A DNA stretch of 47,217 bases from Gemmatimonadota bacterium (GCA_022562295.1 JADFPO010000014.1:1-47217); one strand, 5' to 3'. Shown: positions 7,312 through 17,624, numbered from the stretch's first letter. The notes: generated from the sequence alone by a model not told the origin. A program made the numbers and translations.

Positions 7312-9543
7312 ATGGATGCCGATCTACGGGATGCGCTAGTCCAAGCACTGGGACCCGACTACGAGTTGGGCCCCGAGATCGGACGCGGCGGCATGGGCGT
7401 GGTGTACCGCGCCACCGACCTGAGCCTGCAACGCGACGTCGCGATCAAGGTGCTCCCGCCGGAGCTGTCCTACCGCAAGGATCTGCGCGCGCGGTTTACG
7501 CGGGAGGCGCAGCTCGCCGGCGGCCTGAACCATCCCCACATCGTCCCGATCTACGACGTGGGCGAGGGCCACACGCTCGTCTGGTACGAGATGGCCCTCA
7601 TCGAGGGAGAGAGCGTGCGAGCGCGGGTCGAGCGCGAAGGACCGCTCACGGAGCCCCAGACCCGGCGGATCATACGCGAAGTGGCCTGGGCACTCGGATA
7701 TGCCCACGCGCGCGGCATCATCCACCGGGATATCAAGCCCGACAACATCATGCTCGAGCAAGGCACCGGGCGGGCGCTGGTCACAGACTTCGGGATCGCC
7801 AAGATGGCCGAAACCGACGGCGCCACCCAACCCGGAATGATCTTGGGAAGCCTGATGTACATGGCGCCCGAGCAGGCGACCGGGGAAGATGACATCGATG
7901 GCCGCGCTGATATCTACTCGCTGGGTCTGTGCGGACACTTCATGCTCGGCGGCAAGGCGCCGTTCGACAAGGCGACGATCGTGACCGTGGCGGCCCGTAT
8001 CGCCACCGGAGCCACACCGGACTTCGAGGGAATCGAGCAGCCCATCGACCCCGCTTTTCGCTCGCTGTTGGAAAAATGCGTCGCAGCCGATCCCAACGAC
8101 CGGTGGGATGACGCCGAGGCCATCCTCGAGGCGCTGGGGCCCCAAGCCCTCGCACCCCGCCCCATGCCAGCGTCCATCCGACGTCTCGTGCGGGACTTCA
8201 TGCTGGTGCCCACAGTCGGATTTCTGTTCTTGGTGATCGACATCGTTGCCGATGCGCCGACCGGAGAGGAGCTCATAGCATGGATGGCGCTCGCGCTGTG
8301 CATCAATTTCGGCGTGACCCTCAAGAAATTCACCGAACGTGGATTCCGATGGCCTGATCTCCGCGAAGGCCTCGAGATGGAGATCGCCCGGCAGTCGGAG
8401 GAGTTGGAAGCTACCGGCGCGCTGAAGGATCGGTTCAGCGCGCTGGTGTACATCGCGACGGCCAGCGCCACGGCGGTCGGCCTCGTGCAGGCGTGGATTC
8501 AATCCGGTCGATGGGAGTTGACCGTCCCCGTTGGTCTCGCGATCGCGGCGCTCGGCATCCTGGTGTCGTTTCCGATCTCATGGATTCAAGTAAGGATCTA
8601 TACGTTTTTCGGGAGACTGTTCTTGAAGTTGTGGCCGTCGCTCCCGCGGCCGGAAGCCGAAAGTTGGTTCTCCCGCGTCGCGGACCGCTGGCTGACCAAA
8701 CTCTTTCGCCCGATCCGAGTCAAACCGTCGGCGGACGACGACCCGGGGCTGTTTCGGGCCACCAGCGGTTGGACGGCATCCGACGTTGGTGCCGCTCGCC
8801 GGTCGACCCGATCCATCGATGATATCTTTACGGATCTTCCACGCGACCTGCGCCGCATCGCGCAACCCGCGTTGGAACTCGCTCGGGACCTAACGGCATC
8901 GGTCGGCGCCATGCGTCATGAGCGGGCCCAGCTCGATCGCCGCCACGGCGATGCCGTGGCATCCGTCGCCGCCAACTCCAAAGCTGCCACCCACACACTG
9001 CAAGACCTGCGGACACTGCTGGAAAACGTGGCCTCCGGCGCGGCCGATCCCTCCGAACTGGAGGCCATGACCGAACAGATTGCCGCGATGCTCGAGAGCA
9101 ACGAGGTACCGGCCGGCCAGGCAGGGCCAACGGGTCGCAAGCGCTGGTTAGGAGGCGTCCTGTTGGACTCGGCCGTGACTGGAACGGTGCGCGTGGAAGA
9201 GGAGAGTCCGAACCTTCAGCGGATCGCCACGGACATCACTTCCGAGTGGGATCGACGCACGGAACTGCAAAGCGCGTGGGCGTTGTCCCGGGATGATGTT
9301 CCCGACGTCGCCGAGAAGGCGAGCCGCCTGCAGGCGTCGATCGCACTGCACACACAGCGCGGCAAACACCTCGATCCGGCGGCGGCCGAGTCGGTCACGG
9401 AATGTGAGAGCCTCCTGGCAGAGCTTCTGGGCGCGATCAAGCGCTTCGACGCGGACAGCGAGGGAGGGACCCAGCAGATCGACGGCCTAATCAAGAAGAT
9501 CAACGACTTGCACGTCCAGATCGAGGTCGCCCTCAAGGTGTGA
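7312..9543 (+). CDS. Hanks-type Ser/Thr protein kinase with about four TM helices and a long helical C-terminal region
   Basis: GRGGMGVVY, VAIKVL, HRDIKPDNIML, DFGIAK and YMAPEQ. Hydrophobic segments in about aa 290-440. Helical, coiled-coil-like tail. Confidence 0.9.
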   Translation: MDADLRDALVQALGPDYELGPEIGRGGMGVVYRATDLSLQRDVAIKVLPPELSYRKDLRARFTREAQLAGGLNHPHIVPIYDVGEGHTLVWYEMALIEGESVRARVEREGPLTEPQTRRIIREVAWALGYAHARGIIHRDIKPDNIMLEQGTGRALVTDFGIAKMAETDGATQPGMILGSLMYMAPEQATGEDDIDGRADIYSLGLCGHFMLGGKAPFDKATIVTVAARIATGATPDFEGIEQPIDPAFRSLLEKCVAADPNDRWDDAEAILEALGPQALAPRPMPASIRRLVRDFMLVPTVGFLFLVIDIVADAPTGEELIAWMALALCINFGVTLKKFTERGFRWPDLREGLEMEIARQSEELEATGALKDRFSALVYIATASATAVGLVQAWIQSGRWELTVPVGLAIAALGILVSFPISWIQVRIYTFFGRLFLKLWPSLPRPEAESWFSRVADRWLTKLFRPIRVKPSADDDPGLFRATSGWTASDVGAARRSTRSIDDIFTDLPRDLRRIAQPALELARDLTASVGAMRHERAQLDRRHGDAVASVAANSKAATHTLQDLRTLLENVASGAADPSELEAMTEQIAAMLESNEVPAGQAGPTGRKRWLGGVLLDSAVTGTVRVEEESPNLQRIATDITSEWDRRTELQSAWALSRDDVPDVAEKASRLQASIALHTQRGKHLDPAAAESVTECESLLAELLGAIKRFDADSEGGTQQIDGLIKKINDLHVQIEVALKV

Positions 9544-9588
9544 TGGCGCGTCCGCGGTTGGCGGCGGGCTCCGCCCGAGCGCGCCTTG

Positions 9589-9999
9589 TCAGCTGTTCAA
9601 TATTCTCAAGGCAAACATTGCGGCGTTCTTCGCGTTGCCGATTCCCACAGTGCCCACCGGACACCCGGGCGGCAGTTGCGCAATGGCATACAGGGCGTCC
9701 ACACCCCTCAGTGGACCGACATCGAGCGGGAGCCCGACGACAGGCAGTTCGGTGAGCGCGGCGACGACGCCGGGCAGCGCCGCAGCCAGACCGGCGGCCG
9801 CGACGATGACCTTGTACCCTTTACTCTGAGCCGACTTCGCGATCTCAGCCGTTTGCTCGGCGTTCCGGTGCGCCGACGACACGACGAAGTCGTAACCGAC
9901 GCCGGCGTCTTCCAGCACCTTGAAAGCCGGGGCTACGCGTTCCCGGTCACTCTCGGATCCGGCAATGATCAAGACTGGTGTGTCCGCCATGTCGAGCAC
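9589..9999 (-). CDS. PurE/AIR-carboxylase-family protein (short, divergent)
   Basis: PVLIIAGSESD, VSSAHR and AAAGLAAALPGVVAA align by eye with the PurE pattern (GSxSD, SAHR, GGAAHLPG). Only 133-136 aa. Confidence 0.65.
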   Translation of the reverse strand: MLDMADTPVLIIAGSESDRERVAPAFKVLEDAGVGYDFVVSSAHRNAEQTAEIAKSAQSKGYKVIVAAAGLAAALPGVVAALTELPVVGLPLDVGPLRGVDALYAIAQLPPGCPVGTVGIGNAKNAAMFALRILNS

Positions 10000-10063
10000 C
10001 TTTACAGTTCGGAGAACCCGCCGGAGTACAGGCGCCGCGTCATACCTGCATCAACGCAGGTCT

Positions 10064-11128
10064 CTACGCCGCCACTTCTCTTCGAACGATCGAGTAGTCC
10101 TGCCGTCGTTGCGCCGGAGTGAAGCCTGCGTCCACGATGCACCGTCGCATCTCGTCGATGGTTGTACTGTGCGACGTTCCCGCAGCGGAGACGACGTTTT
10201 CCTCGATCATCAATGAGCCAAAGTCATTGCACCCAAACCTCAGCGCGATCTGTCCCACCTTCAGCCCCATCGTCACCCACGACGCCTGGAGATTTGGGAC
10301 GTTGTCCAACACGACCCGCGCAATCGCTACGGTGCGAAGGTGCGTGATCGAATCGGTCTTCGGTGTGCCGGCCATTTCCGTGCCGTCGGGCTGTAGCGGC
10401 CACGTGATGAAAGCCGTGAACCCGCCGGTGCGCGCCTGTACCTCTCGCACCCTCAGCAGGTGCTCGATCCGATCCGCATTGGTCTCCCCAATGCCATACA
10501 TCATGGTGACCGATGACTTCATTCCGAGGCCGTGCGCGATCTCCATGATCTCGAGCCATCGGTCGGCACCCGCTTTTTTCTTGGCGACCCGGTCACGCAC
10601 ATTCTGCACCAGGATCTCCCCTCCCCCACCCGGCAGCGAATCGAGGCCGGCAGCCTGTAGCTCTCTGATCACCTCATCCGCCGACATGCGAAACCGTGTC
10701 GCGAAGAAATCCACTTCGGACGGTGAGAACCCGTGTATGTGAATGGGGTGATGTTTTTTTATGTACCGCATCACATCCAAGTACCACTCAAACGGAATGT
10801 ACGGATTGTGTCCGCCTTGAATCAGAATCTGTACGCCTCCCAGTTCTTTTGTCTCGTCGATTTTCTTCCCGATCTCCTCGAACGAGAGGACGTAACCTTC
10901 GGGATGCTTCGGTCTCCGGTAGAAGGCGCAGAACTTGCAATCGGCCACGCAGACATTGGTGTAGTTGATGTTGCGGTCGACGATATAGGTCACGATACCT
11001 TCGGGATGCAGCTCCTCCCGCTTCCGGTCGGCCAGCATCCCCAGCTCGAGCAGTGGTGCGTTCTCGTACAGCTCCAGCAGGTCGCGAAACTCGGAAGTCG
11101 TCCGGTCGATCATGTCGGCCTCAGGCAA
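10064..11128 (-). CDS. mqnC: radical SAM futalosine-pathway enzyme, probably cyclic dehypoxanthinyl futalosine synthase
   Basis: VTYIVDRNINYTNVCVADCKFCAFYR (CX3CX2C). Size and neighbourhood with mqnA fit. The MqnC versus MqnE assignment is from memory of family patterns and is tentative. Confidence 0.6.
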   Translation of the reverse strand: MPEADMIDRTTSEFRDLLELYENAPLLELGMLADRKREELHPEGIVTYIVDRNINYTNVCVADCKFCAFYRRPKHPEGYVLSFEEIGKKIDETKELGGVQILIQGGHNPYIPFEWYLDVMRYIKKHHPIHIHGFSPSEVDFFATRFRMSADEVIRELQAAGLDSLPGGGGEILVQNVRDRVAKKKAGADRWLEIMEIAHGLGMKSSVTMMYGIGETNADRIEHLLRVREVQARTGGFTAFITWPLQPDGTEMAGTPKTDSITHLRTVAIARVVLDNVPNLQASWVTMGLKVGQIALRFGCNDFGSLMIEENVVSAAGTSHSTTIDEMRRCIVDAGFTPAQRRQDYSIVRREVAA

Positions 11129-11945
11129 CTGAAAGGAAGGAAAGTGCGCCGTCGGGCAAAGCTCCCCGCACCGCGAGCCTCCGGAAGAAACTCGTCAGCC
11201 CCTCGAGGTGTCGATACGACAGCGCATAATCCAGATCGCTCAGGTACTCCGTGCACACCTCCAGATCGATCCCGGTCGTGTCGCACGCTTCGACAGCAAG
11301 CTCGTCGAGGTGAGCAAGACCCCAATCGCGTGATCTCAGCAATGCATCATGGACCGCGCTGACTTCATCCCGATCGGCGTCGCGACGAGCCGCCCACACC
11401 GCAAACACAAATGGCAAGCCCGTCCATGTCTTCCAAACTTCGCCGAGATCATATCGGTAGGGATATGCGTGCCTGCCGGCGAGAATCAGGGCCGCGTCAC
11501 CAATGACCAGAACGGCCTCATGTGGCAGTCGAGCCAAAGCATCGAGATCCTGCCGCTCGGCCCGCGCTTCGACCAGCTTCGGCTCGATCCCCCAATAGTC
11601 GCTGCAGAGAAGCTGAACCAGATATACCGACGTCTTCGACGAAGACGATATGAGAACCGTGGCACCGCCCAGATGCGAGACTTCCTGACGGGAAAACAAT
11701 ACGACACTTCGCACCGGGCCGTCGCAAGAAATGGCGAGGTCTGGAAGCAGGTGATAACTCTTCGCGTTTCGCGCATATTCGACCGCCGACACAACCGAGA
11801 CCCCTAATTCCCCCGCCGCGAGGAGGTTGTTAAGCTCGGCGGGAGTCCCCGTGACAAATTCACTGGGATTCGTGATGAGCCCACGGTCGATTGCCCCGTA
11901 CACCGGATAACAATTGATGTACCCGATTCGCCCAACACGCATCAT
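11121..11945 (-). CDS. mqnA: chorismate dehydratase (MqnA/MqnD-family periplasmic-binding-protein-like fold)
   Basis: N-terminus MMRVGRIGYINCYPVY is the MqnA-type pattern. Start ATG 11945 overlaps the upstream stop (ATGA). The longer track ORF (to 12203) runs antisense-free but inside the upstream gene. Confidence 0.7.
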   Translation of the reverse strand: MMRVGRIGYINCYPVYGAIDRGLITNPSEFVTGTPAELNNLLAAGELGVSVVSAVEYARNAKSYHLLPDLAISCDGPVRSVVLFSRQEVSHLGGATVLISSSSKTSVYLVQLLCSDYWGIEPKLVEARAERQDLDALARLPHEAVLVIGDAALILAGRHAYPYRYDLGEVWKTWTGLPFVFAVWAARRDADRDEVSAVHDALLRSRDWGLAHLDELAVEACDTTGIDLEVCTEYLSDLDYALSYRHLEGLTSFFRRLAVRGALPDGALSFLSVA

Positions 11946-13153
11946 GCCCTCCCGGTCCCAACCAACTGCACGAGGTCGGGGGGCGACTGTGCACCACCGC
12001 TCGCCGCGTTGAGTTCGACCGGGATCGAATCGTCCGTATCGAACGTGCGCATCGTCTCGTACAGCGTGTTTCGTTCCACCGGGATCTTTCCCGCGGCCTT
12101 GATGAACCGCACCAATGCCCCGTACGACATGCTCATCGGCGTCTCGGCACCCGCCTCGTGATAGACCCGCTCGTACACCACCGTTCCCTCCACATCGTCG
12201 CATCCAAACTCGAGGGCGATCTGCGAGAGAAACGGCGTTACCATGGGCCAGTGGGTCTTGACGTGGGGGATGTTGTCCAAGAAAAGACGACCCACGGCAA
12301 TGTTCTTCAGGTCATCCATCCCCGTGGTCGCGGTGCCGACGCGTCCAAGCTCCTTCCCCAACTCATTGTTGTCCGGGTGATACGCCAGTGGGATGTACGT
12401 CAGGAATCCACCCGATTCGTCCTGCAGCTCTCGCAACATGGCAAGGTGGTCGATGCGATCGCGCATCGTCTCCACGTGGCCGTACAGCATGGTGCAGTTG
12501 CTGTATATCCCTAATTCGTGTGCCTCGCGATGGATGCGGAGCCAGTCGTCCGCCATCAATTTTCGGTCGGCGATCTCGGCGCGAACGGCGGGTCCGAACA
12601 CCTCCGCTCCTCCACCGGGCAACGCAACGACCCCGGCATCTTTCATGGCCACCAAAACGTCACGCGTGGAGGTCTTCTCGATACGCGCCAAATGCGCGAT
12701 CTCGACGGCCGTTAGGGCCTTGATATGCACCCCGGGGTGTCGCTCCTTGAGCCCACGAAAGAGTTCCAGGTAATAGCTCAGGCGGAGCTTTGGATGTAGC
12801 CCACCCACGATGTGGAACTCCCTGGTGGGGGCGTCGCTCGCGACCTCCGCCTCGAGAAACACTTCTTCCAGCGTGCGCACATACGCCCCGTCCTCCTTGG
12901 GAGTGCGTGCGAAGGAGCAAAAGGCACACGTCTTGCGGAGTATGCAAACGTTGGTGGGGTTAATGTGTTGATTGGCGGAGAACAGGACGCGATCGGAGTT
13001 CAGGCGCCGGTTCGCGGCGTTCGCCATGGAACCGACGCCCAGTAGGTCGGATGTTTCGAAGAGCATGAGGCCATCGTCGATCGAAAGTCGTTCGCCCGCC
13101 TCTACCTTTGCGGCGAGCGGCACGAGACGAGGATCGCTAACGGTGATCGGCAA
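11942..13153 (-). CDS. mqnE: radical SAM futalosine-pathway enzyme, probably aminofutalosine synthase
   Basis: NQHINPTNVCILRKTCAFCSF, IVGGLHP and HIKALTAVEI, with ThiH/CofH/Mqn-like architecture. Assignment relative to MqnC is tentative. Confidence 0.55.
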   Translation of the reverse strand: MPITVSDPRLVPLAAKVEAGERLSIDDGLMLFETSDLLGVGSMANAANRRLNSDRVLFSANQHINPTNVCILRKTCAFCSFARTPKEDGAYVRTLEEVFLEAEVASDAPTREFHIVGGLHPKLRLSYYLELFRGLKERHPGVHIKALTAVEIAHLARIEKTSTRDVLVAMKDAGVVALPGGGAEVFGPAVRAEIADRKLMADDWLRIHREAHELGIYSNCTMLYGHVETMRDRIDHLAMLRELQDESGGFLTYIPLAYHPDNNELGKELGRVGTATTGMDDLKNIAVGRLFLDNIPHVKTHWPMVTPFLSQIALEFGCDDVEGTVVYERVYHEAGAETPMSMSYGALVRFIKAAGKIPVERNTLYETMRTFDTDDSIPVELNAASGGAQSPPDLVQLVGTGRA

Positions 13154-13156
13154 GCC

Positions 13157-14398
13157 TTACTCCCGGTAGGCACGTACAGCGAGGGACACGTTGTGCCCCC
13201 CGAAACCAAACGAGTTGGAGACCGCGACCTCCACCTCGCGCTCGACCTTCACGTTGGGCGCGCAATCCAGGTCACACTCCGGATCGGGATCGTCGTTGTT
13301 GATCGTGGGCGGAATCGTGCTGCTCTCGATCACTCTTACGCACACCGCGAACTCCACACCGCCCGCAGCGCCGAGTAGATGGCCCGACATCGATTTGGTG
13401 GACCCCATGACCAAGGTCCGCGCGTGATCGCCGAACACACGCTTTACCGCGCGCGTCTCGGCGATGTCGCCGAGGGGCGTCGATGTCCCGTGCGCGTTGA
13501 TATACATCACGTCGGTAGGGGCAAGCTGTCCGTCGGACAGACATTCCTCCATGGCACGAACGGCCCCCTCGCCGCTGGGCGCCGGTTGCGTCATATGATG
13601 CGCGTCCGCACTCATGCCATACCCGACCAGCTCCGCTCGAATATTGGCACCGCGCGCCTTGGCGTGCTCGAGTTCCTCCAGTATCAAGACACCCGCCCCC
13701 TCTCCCAGTACAAAGCCATCCCGTCCCTTGTCGAACGGGCGGGATGCCGCCTCGGGCTCGCCGTTGCGCGTCGACAGCGCCTTCATGTTGCCAAACCCGG
13801 CGACGGACAGCGGCGTAATGGCGGCTTCGGCACCCCCGGCGACCATGGCGTCGGCTTTGCCCATCTGGATGAGCCTGAACGATTCGCCCAACGCATGGGC
13901 CGACGAGGAACAGGCGGACACCGTGCAGTAATTCGGCCCCCGGGCCCCAAGCCGTATCGATACCAGGCCTGCGGCCATATCCGGAATGAACATGGGCACG
14001 AAGAAAGGGGACACCCGGCGCGGCCCTTTTTCGAGATAGAGAGTACATTGCTCTTGGAAGGTTTCGATTCCACCGATCCCGCTACCGATGATCACACCGG
14101 TCCGATCGCCGGCAGGCTTGCTGCGGTCCCACCCCGCGTCACAGACCGCCATCTCTGCGGCGGCGATCCCATACTGAGCATAGCGGTCCGCTCGCTTGGC
14201 CTCTTTGCGATCCATGTAGTCCGTCGGATCGAAATCCTTGACCTCGCACGCGATTTGCGCGTAGAAGTCGCTTGGATCGAAACGTTGAATTGGCGCGGCC
14301 CCTGAGCGGCCCGCGAGCATCGCTTCCCAGGTTTCGTCAGTTGTGTTCCCCACGGGGGAGAGCAAGCCCATCCCCGTCACGACGACTCTGCGCTTCAA
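13157..14398 (-). CDS. fabF: beta-ketoacyl-ACP synthase II
   Basis: [16 protein letters not shown], active-site [29 protein letters not shown]. Confidence 0.92.
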   Translation of the reverse strand: MKRRVVVTGMGLLSPVGNTTDETWEAMLAGRSGAAPIQRFDPSDFYAQIACEVKDFDPTDYMDRKEAKRADRYAQYGIAAAEMAVCDAGWDRSKPAGDRTGVIIGSGIGGIETFQEQCTLYLEKGPRRVSPFFVPMFIPDMAAGLVSIRLGARGPNYCTVSACSSSAHALGESFRLIQMGKADAMVAGGAEAAITPLSVAGFGNMKALSTRNGEPEAASRPFDKGRDGFVLGEGAGVLILEELEHAKARGANIRAELVGYGMSADAHHMTQPAPSGEGAVRAMEECLSDGQLAPTDVMYINAHGTSTPLGDIAETRAVKRVFGDHARTLVMGSTKSMSGHLLGAAGGVEFAVCVRVIESSTIPPTINNDDPDPECDLDCAPNVKVEREVEVAVSNSFGFGGHNVSLAVRAYRE

Positions 14399-14649
14399 GT
14401 AGCCTGCCCCACCTTATCTTGGAGGTATTTCAGCGCGTCGCCGACCGTGCGAAGCTGCTCGGCATCTTCGTCCGGGATATCGATGTCGAACTCTTTCTCG
14501 AACGCCATCACGAGTTCAACGGTGTCGAGACTGTCCGCGCCGAGATCTTCCATGAAGGTGGCATCGTCGGCCAGCTTATCGCGTTCCACGCCGAGTTCTT
14601 CGACGATAATGTCTCGCACCTTCTCTTCCATCTCCTGTAGATCGCTCAT
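14395..14649 (-). CDS. acpP: acyl carrier protein
   Basis: 84 aa with [16 protein letters not shown] (phosphopantetheine Ser motif DSL). Confidence 0.92.
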   Translation of the reverse strand: MSDLQEMEEKVRDIIVEELGVERDKLADDATFMEDLGADSLDTVELVMAFEKEFDIDIPDEDAEQLRTVGDALKYLQDKVGQAT

Positions 14650-14681
14650 CTGATGCCCTCTGAGGTTGAGTAGTACATGTG

Positions 14682-15422
14682 TTACATCACCATGCCGCCG
14701 TCGACCACCACCACTTGCCCGGTCATATAGCTGGCGAGATCGGACGACAAAAACAACACGGCGTTCGCTACGTCTTCGGCGGCGCCGAGTCTACCGAGTG
14801 GTATCAGCTTCCGCAGGGTCTCCCGCGCGGCCTCGGGAAGTGCTCTCGTCATATCGGTGTCGATGAAACCGGGCGCAACGGCGTTCACGAGCACGTTGCG
14901 CGCCGCCAACTCCTTGGCCACGCTCTTCGTGAAACCGATGACGCCCGCTTTCGACGCAGAATAATTGGCCTGTCCGGCATTGCCCGTGATCCCGACTACG
15001 CTGGCGATGTTGACCACCCTACCGCCGCGACGCTTCATCATGCCCCGGGCCACTGCCTTCGTCATGTTGAACACGCCCTTGAGATTGACATCCAGAACGG
15101 CGCTCCAGGCCTCCTCCGTCATCCGAATCAGCAGACCGTCGCGTGTGATGCCGGCGTTGTTGACGAGCACGTCGATCGGACCGAGCTGTTCTTCAATCTG
15201 CGAAACAGCCGCGCCGACGTCGTCGGCATCGACCACGTTGGCCCGGACGGCGATCGCTCCACCTCCGATTTCGCGGGCGGTGGCCTCCAACTGCTCGGGA
15301 TCGACGACATCGACCAGAGCCACGCGAGCCCCTGCCCCGGCCAACCGGCTTGCAACCGCCTTGCCGATCCCTCGCGACCCACCCGTCACCAGAGCGACTT
15401 TGCCGCTCAAGTCGATGGTCAC
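14682..15422 (-). CDS. fabG: 3-oxoacyl-ACP reductase
   Basis: [31 protein letters not shown] start preceded by GAAGGAGGG. Sits in the fab operon. Confidence 0.9.
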   Translation of the reverse strand: MTIDLSGKVALVTGGSRGIGKAVASRLAGAGARVALVDVVDPEQLEATAREIGGGAIAVRANVVDADDVGAAVSQIEEQLGPIDVLVNNAGITRDGLLIRMTEEAWSAVLDVNLKGVFNMTKAVARGMMKRRGGRVVNIASVVGITGNAGQANYSASKAGVIGFTKSVAKELAARNVLVNAVAPGFIDTDMTRALPEAARETLRKLIPLGRLGAAEDVANAVLFLSSDLASYMTGQVVVVDGGMVM

Positions 15423-15561
15423 GGCCCTCCTTCTCTACGACTCATTCGATCCCTGCTGGCGCCGGCACTCGACTGTCTCGCCCGTAATGTAGCGCCTGAC
15501 GTCGGATCACAGAAAGAGTTCGATGCGTCGGCCCAGGACACTGAGGCACCGTGCCCACCGG

Positions 15562-16506
15562 TCATGCCTTGGCCGCCATGAAGGCGGCAACGTCCTCCGC
15601 AGTGCCGAGGCTCACGACCTTGGCGCCAGGGACGATTCTCTTGATCAGACCAGCCAACACCTTGCCGGGCCCGAGCTCCACAAACACGGTGTCCGCGCCG
15701 GCCAGTTCGGCGCACTGCTGCACGCACCCCACCCACCGCACCGGATCGACCAGTTGCTCCGCCAGCAGTCGTTTGGCCGTTCCCCCGTCCCGCACCGGTT
15801 CCGCTCGGGCGTTGGCGACGACCGGAAATGCGGGATTGGAAAACTCCACTCGACGAAGTTCCTTCTCCAGCCCAGCCTTCGCCGGCTGCATCAGGGGAGA
15901 GTGAAACGCGCCACTTACCTCGAGTGGCACAACCCGTTTGGCTCCGGCCGCCGTGCAAGCCTCGCCGGCCGCAGCCACTGCATCCGGATCGCCGGAGATG
16001 ACGGTTTGATCCTGAGTGTTCAGGTTGGCCGCCACCGCGACGGAGCCATTTCGGCCAGCTTCGGCGCACGCAGTCTCGACGGCTTCGGTTGCGAGGCCAA
16101 GTACGGCGGCCATGGTGCCCGAGCGGATCTGCCCCGCTTCGAGCATCAACTCACCGCGGCGGCGCACGAGGCGAGCACCGTCTTGTGCCGATATGGATCC
16201 GGCCGCCACGTACGCGCTGTACTCGCCCAGGGAGTGCCCCGCCGCGGCGACCGGCGTGAGCTTGGCGCCTACCAGAGCGTGGACGGCCGCCGAGTGGGCG
16301 AGAATAGCGGGCTGAGCGTTGTGCGTGAGTGTCAGCTCATCCTGAGGACCCTTCCACATGATTTCCGACAGGGCCGGTGATACTCCGAGCGCTTCGTCGA
16401 TCGACGCGAACACCTCGGCGGCTTCAGGAAACTCTCGGGCGATATCACTCCCCATCCCCACCTTCTGCGCTCCCTGACCCGGAAAGATCAAGACATGGCT
16501 TACCAT
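15562..16506 (-). CDS. fabD: malonyl-CoA:ACP transacylase
   Basis: FPGQGAQKVGMG and GHSLGEYSA. ATG at 16506 (MVSHVLIFPGQG) overlaps the fabH stop by 7 nt. Confidence 0.9.
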   Translation of the reverse strand: MVSHVLIFPGQGAQKVGMGSDIAREFPEAAEVFASIDEALGVSPALSEIMWKGPQDELTLTHNAQPAILAHSAAVHALVGAKLTPVAAAGHSLGEYSAYVAAGSISAQDGARLVRRRGELMLEAGQIRSGTMAAVLGLATEAVETACAEAGRNGSVAVAANLNTQDQTVISGDPDAVAAAGEACTAAGAKRVVPLEVSGAFHSPLMQPAKAGLEKELRRVEFSNPAFPVVANARAEPVRDGGTAKRLLAEQLVDPVRWVGCVQQCAELAGADTVFVELGPGKVLAGLIKRIVPGAKVVSLGTAEDVAAFMAAKA

Positions 16507-17489
16507 CTCACCATTGTGGCGGCCCAGGTCAAGCCTCCTCCGAATGCCACCATGAGAATGTTGGAGCCGGGCTTGATTCGCCCTTCCCTGACGCACTCAT
16601 CCAGCGCGATGGGAATCGAGGCTGCCGAAGTGTTTCCGTATCGATCGATGTTGATGTACGTCTTTTCCAGGGGAATACCGGCGTGCTTGGTCAAGGACTC
16701 TATGATGCGCAGGTTGGCCTGGTGCGGAATCAACACATCGACATCGTTGGTCGTGAGCCCTGCCTGGATCAACGCGTGATCACACGCATCGGCCATGGAT
16801 CGAACCGCGTGCTTGAACACCTCACGACCCGCCATGCGAAGGAAGTACGAATGGTCGGCCAGCATTTCCTCCGAGGGGGGGTGGATGGCCCCTCCACCGG
16901 GACGCCACAGCAACTCGCCAAGCCTGCCATCTGTCTTTATGTAGGTAGAGAGAATCCCCCTATCGCCGTTTCGAGCGGGCCGCACGAGAGTAGCCCCGAC
17001 ACCGTCACCGAACAGAATGCAGGTGGCACGATCGGTGTAATCCGTGATCCTGGAAAGGCGGTCTCCACCGACCACCAGAACGTTGGTGGCCGTCCCCGCC
17101 GCCACCAGTCCCTCCGCCACCGCCAAGCCGTACAGGAACCCACTGCAGGCGGCAGTCACGTCGAACGCCGCGGCGTTGTCGGCGCCTAGGGCCGCCTGAA
17201 GATCACATGCCTGCGATGGGAGAAGTCGGTCGGGACTCGCCGTGCCAAAGATGATGCTATCGATCTCCAAAACGTCTACCTGCGCATCTTCGAGCACCTG
17301 CGTGCAGGCACACTGAGCCATTCGGGCCAGTGTTTCATCGTCGGAGGCGATGCGCCGCTCGCGAATGCCCGTGCGGTCCCGAATCCACTGATCCGACGTG
17401 TCGACCATGCGCTCGAGGTCCGCGTTGGTCAACACCTTCTCCGGCACAGCACGTCCGCTGCCGACGAGCTCAACAATGGGCCGGTTCAT
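16500..17489 (-). CDS. fabH: beta-ketoacyl-ACP synthase III
   Basis: AACSGFLYGL, HQANLRII and GFGGGLTW motifs, 329 aa. Confidence 0.92.
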   Translation of the reverse strand: MNRPIVELVGSGRAVPEKVLTNADLERMVDTSDQWIRDRTGIRERRIASDDETLARMAQCACTQVLEDAQVDVLEIDSIIFGTASPDRLLPSQACDLQAALGADNAAAFDVTAACSGFLYGLAVAEGLVAAGTATNVLVVGGDRLSRITDYTDRATCILFGDGVGATLVRPARNGDRGILSTYIKTDGRLGELLWRPGGGAIHPPSEEMLADHSYFLRMAGREVFKHAVRSMADACDHALIQAGLTTNDVDVLIPHQANLRIIESLTKHAGIPLEKTYINIDRYGNTSAASIPIALDECVREGRIKPGSNILMVAFGGGLTWAATMVRW

Positions 17490-17624
17490 CCGGTCGCTCC
17501 GAACGCCAGTTTCTCCCCGATATCACGGGGCAGATGATTTTCAACGGCTGTCACCGCCACGCGAATGGCATTCCTGATTGCCCGAGCCGAGGAACGGATG
17601 CGTCGAGCGCGATCCGCATCACGG

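Noticed and set aside
9545-9585. Bidirectional intrinsic terminator between the kinase and the PurE-like gene
   Set aside because: Only short stems can be drawn (GGCGCG/CGCGCC outer, CGGGC-tcc-GCCCG inner). There is a large interior mismatch and no U-tract, which is too weak to annotate.
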